Shown piece after piece: positions 18,244 through 26,296 of a stretch of 64,000 nt of DNA. How positions within the stretch are numbered: the first letter of the stretch is position 1; each line of letters begins with the position of its first letter. The DNA lies in NCBI GenBank assembly GCA_049314455.1, contig JBMOFC010000005.1, positions 5,095 through 69,094 of the forward strand. The letters run 5' to 3'. The stretch comes from Chthoniobacterales bacterium (GTDB taxonomy: Bacteria > Verrucomicrobiota > Verrucomicrobiia > Chthoniobacterales > UBA6821). The notes under the pieces are model-generated. The model had not been told where the DNA came from. It did no database searches and saw only the letters and a list, made by a program, of their open reading frames with translations. The position numbers were made by a program, and so were the translations under genes.

Positions 18244-18264
18244 GCCCGTTCACAGGAACGGGTA
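18244..18264. repeat. family H hairpin
   Basis: GCCCGTTC-ACAG-GAACGGGTA. Confidence 0.65.
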
Positions 18265-18458
18265 AGAAGATAGAAGTTTGAAGATGGAAGATAGGATCAA
18301 AGCCCTCTTACAAGAATAATTCTCTTTTTTATCTATGTGAGAAGACTAAAACCCCGTCTTCTATCTACCATCACCTATCTTCCTATCCGTTACTTTAAAC
18401 GGATACCTCGCGTAAGCAAATCGAACTCTATCTTCCATCTTCAAACTTCTATCTTCTT
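18264..18458. repeat. palindromic element with GAAGATAG/GAAGATGG-word arms
   Basis: AAGAAGATAGAAGTTTGAAGATGGAAGATAGG ... CTATCTTCCATCTTCAAACTTCTATCTTCTT, about 30-nt near-perfect inverted arms. An H-type hairpin TATCCGTTACTTTAAACGGATA lies inside at 18384-18405. Confidence 0.75.
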
Positions 18459-18476
18459 ATTCGTTCTGAAGAATAC

Positions 18477-19022
18477 CTATTCCCAAAGGAACGATTGGGT
18501 CACCGCCACAATGTGATGATTTGCGATAAGAAGCGCTCGCCAGCAGGTCACGCGACCATTTTCGAGGTAGTCATCACCCACGACTTTAAAAATAGAACAG
18601 ATCGATCCATGCACGTTGGGATAGGTCATCTCACGTGCTAAAACCTCGTTACCAAGACCAGCTTGACGGTATTCAAAACGAATGGTGACCTCTTGAGCTG
18701 GTCCATGATTCCACCAATAAAAGTTGAAATAGTTACCACGGAGCTCATTTCTGTCTACGGACGTTGTCGCAGGCCACATGTAGGAGCGACGCTGAAAGTT
18801 GATGACTTCAGAATGGCTAGGTCTAAAGGTACTCGGATCGTTAAGAAATTGCGTCTCTTTTCGAAAAGCAAAATCACGGTTGATTTGCAACGGCAACACA
18901 TTTGCTTTTTCTAGCTTTACCATCGGAGGCTCAACGGTGGTGCAACCAAATGATAGCAGGCACAATCCTGCTATTAGGCTGGAGGCTAGAGGCTGGATTC
19001 TAGAGGTTAGAGAAAATTTCAT
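18477..19022 (-). CDS. hypothetical lipoprotein
   Basis: MKFSLTSRIQPLASSLIAGLCLLSFGC: signal peptide with an LSFGC lipobox. No domain recognised. An alternative upstream start lies at 19070. Confidence 0.55.
   Translation of the reverse strand: MKFSLTSRIQPLASSLIAGLCLLSFGCTTVEPPMVKLEKANVLPLQINRDFAFRKETQFLNDPSTFRPSHSEVINFQRRSYMWPATTSVDRNELRGNYFNFYWWNHGPAQEVTIRFEYRQAGLGNEVLAREMTYPNVHGSICSIFKVVGDDYLENGRVTCWRALLIANHHIVAVTQSFLWE
18977..19011. repeat. five degenerate GGCTGGA heptamers inside the lipoprotein signal-peptide coding region
   Basis: GGCTGGA GGCTAGA GGCTGGA TTCTAGA GGTTAGA on the + strand, inverted relative to the tract at 19141-19200. Confidence 0.7.
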
Positions 19023-19140
19023 GCTATTGTTTATTTTAGAGGTAGTGATGACTTTTTTATTTCGCCTCAATCATATGAAAAATCGACATCTTCTTTTTAA
19101 GAATTTACTGGATTTTTTCTAAAATAGAACGCTTTCAAAT

Positions 19141-19200
19141 TCCAGCCTCCAGCCTCCAGCCTCCAGCCTCCAGCCTCCAGCCTCCAGCCTCCAGCCTCCA
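19141..19200. repeat. perfect heptanucleotide tandem repeat (TCCAGCC) x8.6
   Basis: Read directly. 60 nt with no interruption, lying between the guaB3-like stop (19218) and the lipoprotein start (19022/19070). Confidence 0.95.
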
Positions 19201-19217
19201 AACAGCGCGAAGCACTG

Positions 19218-20396
19218 TTAGCGCGTTCCCATCCCGACGTTTTGAACCGTTTGGAAAAGTTTTCCTTCCGTTTTAATTGAGGGAGCAATAATGATTTCTG
19301 TCTCTTGAAATTCTTTAATGGTACTGGCCCCGACATTTCCCATGCAGGTTGTAATAGCTCCAACAAGATTTTGACTCCCATCATCCACAACTGCTGGACC
19401 AAAAAGAATTTGCTCCAGAGAGCCCGTTGTTCCTACATGAATACGTGTTCCGCGAGGGAGATTGGCGTGAGGAGTAGCCATTCCCCAATGATATCCTTTG
19501 CCTGGTGCTTCGAGCGCTTTTGCAAAAGCGCTTCCGACCATGACAGCATCAGAACCACAGGCCAATGCCTTGCAGACATCACCACCTTTACTCATACCAC
19601 CGTCAGTGATAATGGGAACATAGCGACTTGTCTTTTTGAAATAAGCATCGCGTGCTGCAGCACAATCAACCGTAGCAGTAACTTGAGGAACACCTAGTCC
19701 CAGAACCCCACGCGACGTACAAGCAGCTCCAGGACCAACACCAATGAGCACCCCACTCACACCACACTCCATAAGTTCTAAGGTGACGTCGTATCCAACG
19801 GCATTTCCGACAATGATCGGGATTGGCATGGATGCGCAAAAATGAGCTAGGTTGAGTGTCGGATATTTTGTGGAAATATGACGTACTGTGGAAACAGTAC
19901 TTTGCACGATAAAAAGATCGGCACCTGCTTCTGCTGCAATCGGCCCTACATGTTCTGCGCGTTGTGGAATAGAGCTGACCGCAACAAGACCGCCTGCTGC
20001 TTTAATATCGGCAATACGCTTTGTAACAAGATCATCTCGTACCGGTTCTTGATACATTTTTTGCAGTAATGTAGTCACATGATCTTTATCAGCTGTGAGT
20101 ACTTCCGCGAAGACTTCTTCTGGATTTTCATATCGCGTTTGAACACCATCGAGATTCAGAACAGCCAGGCCGCCTAATTTGCCCATGGCAATAGCAAAAC
20201 GAACATCGACCACGCCATCCATCGCACTTGCCATAATGGGAATGGAGAGTGTGAGATTCTTTCCATCTTTACCAGGAATAGAAAAAGTCGTATCGACTTC
20301 TTCTGGATTAATCGTGACACTTCCAGGAACGAGCGCTATTTCATCAAATCCGTAGGTTACACGAGCCTTACGGTTTCTTCCGATCCACATACCCAT
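19218..20396 (-). CDS. IMP dehydrogenase family protein, GuaB3 type (no CBS pair)
   Basis: TIM-barrel IMPDH/GMPR motifs (IMASAMDGV, GVGPGAACTSRGV, GGMSKGGDVCKALACGSDAVMVG). 392 aa with no CBS insertion. Confidence 0.8.
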   Translation of the reverse strand: MGMWIGRNRKARVTYGFDEIALVPGSVTINPEEVDTTFSIPGKDGKNLTLSIPIMASAMDGVVDVRFAIAMGKLGGLAVLNLDGVQTRYENPEEVFAEVLTADKDHVTTLLQKMYQEPVRDDLVTKRIADIKAAGGLVAVSSIPQRAEHVGPIAAEAGADLFIVQSTVSTVRHISTKYPTLNLAHFCASMPIPIIVGNAVGYDVTLELMECGVSGVLIGVGPGAACTSRGVLGLGVPQVTATVDCAAARDAYFKKTSRYVPIITDGGMSKGGDVCKALACGSDAVMVGSAFAKALEAPGKGYHWGMATPHANLPRGTRIHVGTTGSLEQILFGPAVVDDGSQNLVGAITTCMGNVGASTIKEFQETEIIIAPSIKTEGKLFQTVQNVGMGTR

Positions 20397-20398
20397 AA

Positions 20399-20653
20399 TT
20401 AGAGCCCTCCTTGGTGATGAGTCTCATTGAGGCTGCCACAAGATGAGCAGCGAAGCAGTGTCTCAGAGGAAAGCTGCTTGTAAGAAGAATGAGTCAATGT
20501 AGCACCGCAGATGCGACACCGCAGAGAACGAGGAGAGGCCGTAGAGGATAGTCGTTTTTGAAGCATCTCGTATCCTATCCAAAAGATTAAGATCCCAGCA
20601 AGAAAAACCGTGAGATAAATAAAAACAAACCAAGTGAGCGTGAGTTGGATCAT
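20399..20653 (-). CDS. small membrane-anchored zinc-ribbon protein (hypothetical)
   Basis: One N-terminal TM helix, then CRIC...CSSC (two CxxC pairs). Its stop is 2 nt from the guaB3-like start. Confidence 0.4.
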   Translation of the reverse strand: MIQLTLTWFVFIYLTVFLAGILIFWIGYEMLQKRLSSTASPRSLRCRICGATLTHSSYKQLSSETLLRCSSCGSLNETHHQGGL

Positions 20654-21237
20654 CAGAAAGTTGAAGTTGAAAGTTAAAATTGAAGCAGAAAAAGAGCGAT
20701 GCAGTGCCAGAAATGAGAATACAGCTGGCTGAGAGGTCCCTGGGTAGACTATAGTCTTTTAAAAAGAGAAGGGCGCGATAAGACGATGAAATTTTTCTTG
20801 ATAACAAGGCCGAAGAGCGAGCGCTATCTTAAGATAACGTGAGTGATGAGAACGCTGTTATCAAGAAAAAGAGCAAGTTCAGATCGTGCCCTTATGGATT
20901 TAAAAGACTATACATTGAGGCAGCCAAAATTGTGAGCAGGGTTTCGCCAAGCGAATCAACTCAGTATGAAATATCCGGGTTACGTAAGCAACTTCGTAAA
21001 CAATACTCTCCTTTGCTTCAACTCCAACTATTCGCTTCAACTCCTGCGCAGTATGAAATGACGCCATCCTGCGCCTCAGCAGTAGCATCGACTTAAACAA
21101 GCTAAAAGCGTGTTTGAAAAAGAAATAGAATCGATGAAGTGGCAGGAGCGTCGGCGCGCAGCGAAGGAGTGTACTTAAGGTACTCGATGGAGCGAGCACC
21201 GACGCAATGCGCGATTTTAGACTTTTCCAAATACGCT
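20654..21237. repeat. repeat mosaic (fragments of G-word, D, C and A families)
   Basis: GTTGAAGTTGAAAGTTAAAATTGAAGCAG (20655-), a D-like GCGCTATCTTAAGATAACGTGAG, the C terminus CAGTATGAAATATCCGGGT (20962-20980), and an A-related half-copy at 21141-21240 ending CGCTCTA. Confidence 0.6.
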
Positions 21238-22026
21238 CTACTCAGTGCCCCAAAAAATCAACACCCTCCCCCACGTCTCTTTCGCAGCTGGAACAAAGTG
21301 ACGTGTGATGAGCCAGTGGATGGCGGATTCATCAGCCGCTTCGTTGCCAGAAGATTGAGTCATGAGAACATGATGAGGAATACCTGATGGATCAATATTG
21401 ACTGTAAGAATTGTAGGGTGAAGCGGTGTGTTGATTCCGGAAGGCAAGGAAGGATGCCCCAATGTAGAAAGGGGAGTAGGAGCACGTTCAGCACTATTTT
21501 CTAACAAGCGAATAGTCGTTGTTTTGTTGATAGGCGATGATGATGGTGTGGTTTCAATGGAAGCACCATCCCATGTAGAAAGAGGCATCGAAGGGAGTAC
21601 CAATTCATCTATCGGCGGCAAGAGTGATTGCATCTTCCCTGCTTCATGAGGTGGCAACGGATGTAAAATCGGCGGCGGTTGATTCAATTGATAGATCGAG
21701 GCTGGTATTTTAGGCTGATTAGTTCGAACAGTTTTGAGAGGAGAAAAAATAGCAGGGTCGTTGGCTTGCAGCCATGGTGCAAGCTGCTGTGAAGCCGGAG
21801 AATTAGGCACAAGAAAAAAAACTTGAGCTGCAATCGATTTGCTTACATGAGGAGGTTCATAGACAATATTAAAAAAGTAGACGGTCGAAAGATGAAGCAG
21901 TGCTGCAAAAACAATGAACAGCGGCAACGCAATTCTGGGAGCAGTTTTGATGGGCCACTCAAAAAGAAGCTTTGCTAAGATGTCGTGCGTTTTTATGGTC
22001 TCGGCAAGAGAACTATTTTTTTTCAT
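21238..22026 (-). CDS. TonB-like energy transducer
   Basis: N-terminal TM anchor, proline-rich middle (PPPILHPLPPHE), C-terminal domain of about 80 aa. 4-nt overlap with exbD and an exbB-exbD-tonB context. Confidence 0.5.
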   Translation of the reverse strand: MKKNSSLAETIKTHDILAKLLFEWPIKTAPRIALPLFIVFAALLHLSTVYFFNIVYEPPHVSKSIAAQVFFLVPNSPASQQLAPWLQANDPAIFSPLKTVRTNQPKIPASIYQLNQPPPILHPLPPHEAGKMQSLLPPIDELVLPSMPLSTWDGASIETTPSSSPINKTTTIRLLENSAERAPTPLSTLGHPSLPSGINTPLHPTILTVNIDPSGIPHHVLMTQSSGNEAADESAIHWLITRHFVPAAKETWGRVLIFWGTE

Positions 22027-22427
22027 TCAGAAGAAATATCACTTGTTGCTAAAACAACAGAGAAGCCAGCATTAATGCCAACCGTCATGACTTGAACGAG
22101 CAAATCATAAGGGGCTTGTTGATCGGCTTTGATGATAAGACTTCCTTTAAGGTCGCTACTGACAAGATTTTTTTTTAGTTGTTCTAAAGAGACTTCTTGA
22201 TTGTCAAAATAGATCGCTGGCAATGGACTTCCCGTGATACTAACAACACGAGGATCATGATGCGGAACAAGTAAAAATGGGGCTTGAGGGACTTTGATAG
22301 CAATCCCTGGTTGAAGTAAGAGCGTCCCTCCAATAAGAAGAAAAAAAATCAAACAGAGTGCTGTACTGAGTGCAGGAGCTAAGAAAACAAAGGAGGACCC
22401 AGGTTCTTGTGTTCGGCGAATTCGCAT
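22023..22427 (-). CDS. exbD: biopolymer transport protein ExbD/TolR
   Basis: 134 aa with a single N-terminal TM and a periplasmic domain (IIKADQQAPYDLLVQVMTV). Confidence 0.75.
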   Translation of the reverse strand: MRIRRTQEPGSSFVFLAPALSTALCLIFFLLIGGTLLLQPGIAIKVPQAPFLLVPHHDPRVVSITGSPLPAIYFDNQEVSLEQLKKNLVSSDLKGSLIIKADQQAPYDLLVQVMTVGINAGFSVVLATSDISSE

Positions 22428-22435
22428 AATTCAAC

Positions 22436-23065
22436 TTAATCCGACTTTAGTACCGTGCGCTGACGATCCACAAGAAGTTGCACAATTTCAATACCAGCTC
22501 GCTCCATGTCGTGAATAAGGTCATTCACTCGGGAAGAGAGATAGCTGTAGGCCAGAAAAGCAGGAATGGCCACAGCGAGGCCGGCAGCAGTCGTGATAAG
22601 GCTTTCAAAAACGCCTTTGGCAATTTCTGCAGCAGTTGCATACCCGCCATGAGCATTGATCGCTAAGAAAGCATCTAAAAGGCCGAGCACTGTTCCAAGC
22701 AGTCCAACCAGCGGGGTCACATAGGCTAACATGGAGAGAATAGAAAGATTCCGTTCGAGTTTTGGTAATTCTAGAAGACCAGCATCGGTGGTGATTTCTT
22801 TCAGTTCTGTACGGCCAGCATCGGGTTGTTGTAAGGCTGCCTGCAGAACACGTGCTACCGGCCCTGAAGTCGTGACACATTCTTGCAGTGCTTCTGCGAG
22901 ATGACCTCGTTGAAGCAAAAGGGACAAGCCTTCTAGAAATTCTCCCACACGAATAGAAGCACGATGAAGATAGAGTAACCGTTCTAAAAACACACCAAGA
23001 GCCACCACGCTGCAAAGCAGGATAATTCCCATGAGCGGCCCTCCCTTTTGTAAAATTTCAATCAT
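22436..23065 (-). CDS. exbB: MotA/TolQ/ExbB proton-channel protein
   Basis: Three TM helices and the conserved LGLLGTVLGL...AFLAI segment. Confidence 0.8.
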   Translation of the reverse strand: MIEILQKGGPLMGIILLCSVVALGVFLERLLYLHRASIRVGEFLEGLSLLLQRGHLAEALQECVTTSGPVARVLQAALQQPDAGRTELKEITTDAGLLELPKLERNLSILSMLAYVTPLVGLLGTVLGLLDAFLAINAHGGYATAAEIAKGVFESLITTAAGLAVAIPAFLAYSYLSSRVNDLIHDMERAGIEIVQLLVDRQRTVLKSD

Positions 23066-23104
23066 CCCCCATGTATAAGTGAAATGGAGGATATTGAGAA
23101 ATCA

Positions 23105-24316
23105 TTATTTTGAAAAAGGAGTTTGATTTTTGATTCCATGCAATCCGCCCACAGCAATCGTGATGCCCATTCCTGGGACACGCACAAAACCAACGCCATC
23201 ATCAATGGAAAAGGCATAGACATTTGCATTGAGGTCGTGGTGAATAAGACGGACGTACGGATTCAAGTTGAACTTGCTTGTGTAGTCAGGATATTTGGTG
23301 CCACCTGGAGGATTTGTCGTGATTCCTTCTTCTAAGGCGATGGCTTGTTGTGTGAGAACAGGTCCAAAAGGACTTGTAAACCCAATAATGGAAGCTGTGA
23401 TCGACTCATCGGTGGTACTGCCTCCATGTTTCTCTGCATCATTTTTAAAGGCGGTCCAGACATCCGTGGCATTTTTTTGAAAAGCATTACAAAAGGAGCA
23501 TTCGGAAGAGCAATCTTTGCAAAAATTAGCACTGATCACGGTCGTCCATCGCGTAACGATATTTTGTAATCCAACAGTCGGCCCCGCAGAGACACGTTCG
23601 CCTTGCAGCATGAATTTAGACTGATCATGACTGGAGCGAGCTTGATCTAAAGCAAAAACATTATAGCCACCAGGAATATTGAAATAAGGATTTCCCTCAG
23701 AGAGGAAAAAATAGGGCCAGTTGTGATTCTTGACAAAATCAGCGATTGCAGCTTGAAAATCGGCTACGGTTTTATCGGTGCCACTGTAGCCAACACTTCC
23801 ATCCTCGACTTCCACAGCAAGTGGGAGATAAACGCTATCGACATAAGAAATGTCATAACCGACGTATTGACCATTAATGTCATCAAAGGTGTACTCGGCA
23901 TATTGACAAGGATCGTCCAACGGAAAACCGATCCCTTGTTCATCCACATGCACCGGATAACCACTCACGCTCCCTTGTACTTTAGGATTGGGAGCAGGAG
24001 GAGTTTGATCATAAAAATAAACACGTCCTGCATTCCACCATTTCAGTCCTTCTTGCTCTTGCGGTAAGGTAAGCGTGACAGATTGATGAGGAAGGAGACC
24101 AGTAACCGTCTCCGAAGTATTCACATAGAGACGATAAGTCCAGACATGTGGTTGTCCCTCTGGCTGCTGGGTAATCTGAACGATGGGGTAGATGGTTTTA
24201 TCGTTATTATTAAAAATGGTGATCGCCTTGGTGACACCTGGATCAGCCTGCAATCCCATTGAGAGGAGGCAGAGCAGGAAAGAAAAAAACAAGATTACGG
24301 ATTTTTTAAAAGACAT
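23105..24316 (-). CDS. secreted GH64-like beta-1,3-glucanase (thaumatin-like fold)
   Basis: Signal peptide MSFKKSVILFFSFLLCLLSMGLQA. ITIFNNNDKTIYP, GRVYFYD, AEYTFDD..YDISYVDSVYLP and LNPYVRLIHHDLNANVYAFSIDDGVG resemble my recollection of Streptomyces LPHase (TITNNSG, GRIYFSYG, SEYTLND, NHYARIIHAHMADGKAYAFAFDDVG). Confidence 0.55.
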   Translation of the reverse strand: MSFKKSVILFFSFLLCLLSMGLQADPGVTKAITIFNNNDKTIYPIVQITQQPEGQPHVWTYRLYVNTSETVTGLLPHQSVTLTLPQEQEGLKWWNAGRVYFYDQTPPAPNPKVQGSVSGYPVHVDEQGIGFPLDDPCQYAEYTFDDINGQYVGYDISYVDSVYLPLAVEVEDGSVGYSGTDKTVADFQAAIADFVKNHNWPYFFLSEGNPYFNIPGGYNVFALDQARSSHDQSKFMLQGERVSAGPTVGLQNIVTRWTTVISANFCKDCSSECSFCNAFQKNATDVWTAFKNDAEKHGGSTTDESITASIIGFTSPFGPVLTQQAIALEEGITTNPPGGTKYPDYTSKFNLNPYVRLIHHDLNANVYAFSIDDGVGFVRVPGMGITIAVGGLHGIKNQTPFSK

Positions 24317-24477
24317 GGTTTTAAGGAATGTTTGGTTTTTGGCTGAAGCTTTGAGACTAGCTCTAGCAGCACCTTTTTTCCCATAATAAAAATCATAAAA
24401 AGAATTCACAAAAAATTCAAAGTAATGATTGACTCTGCCTCCATTCTGTGACACTCTCCCACTCCAACTTTTTTACG

Positions 24478-24651
24478 ATGAAGCGCACCTACCAACCATC
24501 TAAGCGAACCCGCAAACAACAATTCGGCTTTCGTGCCCGCATGGCTACGAAAAATGGTCGCGCTATCCTCAGTCGTCGCCGCCGTCATGGACGTGCACGA
24601 CTCTTACCGAAAGGTGTTGAAATTCATTTCAAGCGTCACACCGAGGCTTAG
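24478..24651 (+). CDS. rpmH: 50S ribosomal protein L34 with a C-terminal extension
   Basis: [42 protein letters not shown], then about 13 extra residues ([15 protein letters not shown]). Confidence 0.9.
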   Translation: MKRTYQPSKRTRKQQFGFRARMATKNGRAILSRRRRHGRARLLPKGVEIHFKRHTEA

Positions 24652-24989
24652 AGAGATCGCTTTGCGGCAGTCGACTCAGCTCGCTATGGTTGAAGCTGTT
24701 AGTTTAAGTTGAAATACTGAACTTGAAGTTGACTCTTCTAATTGTATGGCACTTTCTAAGAGCCTGTATTCAGCTTGGTCCCTCAGCAGTTTGATCCTCA
24801 GATGATTTTCGAATGATTACGTAATAGTCCGATCGCTTTGCGATAGCTGAAGTTGTTAACGTACTGAACTTGAGAATTATTTCTCTACCTCAGCCTGAAG
24901 CTTTCACCTGTTGAAAGTAGTCGCCGTTACTTAAAAAATAGATATTCATTTTAAAAACTGATTCATTTTGGATCAAAAGCTATATAACG

Positions 24990-26261
24990 ATGTTTTCCTC
25001 AAAAGCCTCACAAAACTTTTTTATCATCACAAGACTACGTGAGATCGGATGGATCTCTTGGTTGTTGGCCTCTATTTTTTATGCCTACCAATATATCTTG
25101 AGAATTATGCCAAGCATGATGATTCCCGAAATCATGCAGCAGTTTCACATTAATGCGACTCTCTTTGGCCAGTTTTCTGGAGTCTATTATCTAGGGTATT
25201 CTTTAATGCACATCCCCATGGGAATCATGCTTGATCGTTATGGTCCTCGCAGGGTGATGACAGGATCAATCTTACTAACAGGCATTGGCTTGTTGCCACT
25301 CATTTTTAGTCACTATTGGGCCTATCCTATTATCGGACGTGGACTCATTGGCATTGGTTCCTCTGCTGCGATTTTAGGAACCTTTAAAATTATTCGTATG
25401 ACTTTTAAAGAAAAACACTTCACGAGAATGTTGAGTATTGCTGTAACCATTGGTCTCTTAGGAGCCATCTATGGAGGTGCTCCCGTGAGTAGACTTTTTG
25501 GACTTTGGGGATACACATTTGTGATTGGGATGTTTTGTTTTTCAGGGATGATCTTGGCGCTGATGACCTATCTTTTAGTTCCAGAACTCTCTGAAGCAGC
25601 TTCGACCTCACAAGAACAACCGGTGGCAACCCAAAAAAACTCGATCTTCAAAGATCTGAACATGGTTTTTAGTAATTACCATGTCATTTTACTCTGCTTT
25701 TTTGCCGGTTGCATGGTAGGCCCTCTAGAAGGTTTTGCCGACATTTGGGGGGCTGAATTCTTAAGGCACTATTATGGATTGGATCCCAAAATAGCGAATG
25801 CACTCCCTTCCATGATTTTTATTGGCATGTGTTTTGGAGCTCCTCTCTTGAGCCTCATTGCAGAAAAGACAGGCTGCTATTTAGGCTCCATCGTCGGAGC
25901 AGGCATGGTCATGACTCTGATTTTTGTGCTCTTGGTGGCTCACTGGCTGAACGTGCAAACGATCACCCTCACTTTTTTGTTAGTTGGGGTCTGTTCTGCC
26001 TATCAAATTTTAGCTATTTATCAAGCTTCTACCTATGTCCCAGAACATGTCTCGGGCCTCACCACAGCCGTGGCCAATATGATTATTATGAGCTTTGGTT
26101 ACATGCTCCATAGCCTTATTGGACTGGTGATCCACGAAGCTGGTGGAACAGCAGCTAGGAACTCTTTTGCCTATGGCATTGGAGTGATCCCCATCATGCT
26201 TTTGATAGGTGTCGTGGGTTGTTCTTTTTTGCTGTTTCAGGACAGAGCAAGGAAAGTTTGA
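24990..26261 (+). CDS. MFS transporter
   Basis: 12 TM helices and the MFS loop-2/3 motif GIMLDRYGPRRVM. Confidence 0.75.
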   Translation: MFSSKASQNFFIITRLREIGWISWLLASIFYAYQYILRIMPSMMIPEIMQQFHINATLFGQFSGVYYLGYSLMHIPMGIMLDRYGPRRVMTGSILLTGIGLLPLIFSHYWAYPIIGRGLIGIGSSAAILGTFKIIRMTFKEKHFTRMLSIAVTIGLLGAIYGGAPVSRLFGLWGYTFVIGMFCFSGMILALMTYLLVPELSEAASTSQEQPVATQKNSIFKDLNMVFSNYHVILLCFFAGCMVGPLEGFADIWGAEFLRHYYGLDPKIANALPSMIFIGMCFGAPLLSLIAEKTGCYLGSIVGAGMVMTLIFVLLVAHWLNVQTITLTFLLVGVCSAYQILAIYQASTYVPEHVSGLTTAVANMIIMSFGYMLHSLIGLVIHEAGGTAARNSFAYGIGVIPIMLLIGVVGCSFLLFQDRARKV

Positions 26262-26296
26262 GATTCGTCTCAAACTTCTTCAAGAAAGCGTTACCC

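Larger units (their letters stand above)
17552..18245. mobile_element. composite element J bounded by 19-nt inverted repeats, containing a K-type palindrome and nested D and A MITEs
   Basis: GTAATGGCGTCAATTTAAG (17552) versus CTTAAGTTGACGCCATTGC (18227), 17/19 complementary. The interior holds CCACAAAG.../...CTTTGTGG palindromic arms (about 17633-17826, related to 49597-49660), D1 and A1. Confidence 0.6.

Noticed and set aside
19141-19200. Possible CRISPR array or other spaced-repeat locus. Also considered for (CTTCAA)n at 4964-4990 and (GTTTAGGA)n at 28873-28900.
   Set aside because: The units are 6-8 nt, contiguous and without spacers. No cas genes are present. These are simple tandem repeats or arms of palindromic elements.
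19097-19402. ORF translating the heptamer tract as LEAGGWRLEAGGWRLEAGGW.
   Set aside because: It overlaps the 3' end of the guaB3-like gene in another frame and is generated by the tandem repeat itself. It is not a credible gene.
23105-24316. Annotation as a true thaumatin-family (PR-5) protein.
   Set aside because: The thaumatin cysteine framework (16 Cys) is absent. The C-terminal NPYVRLIHHD..YAFSIDDGVG block fits GH64, which shares the fold, much better.
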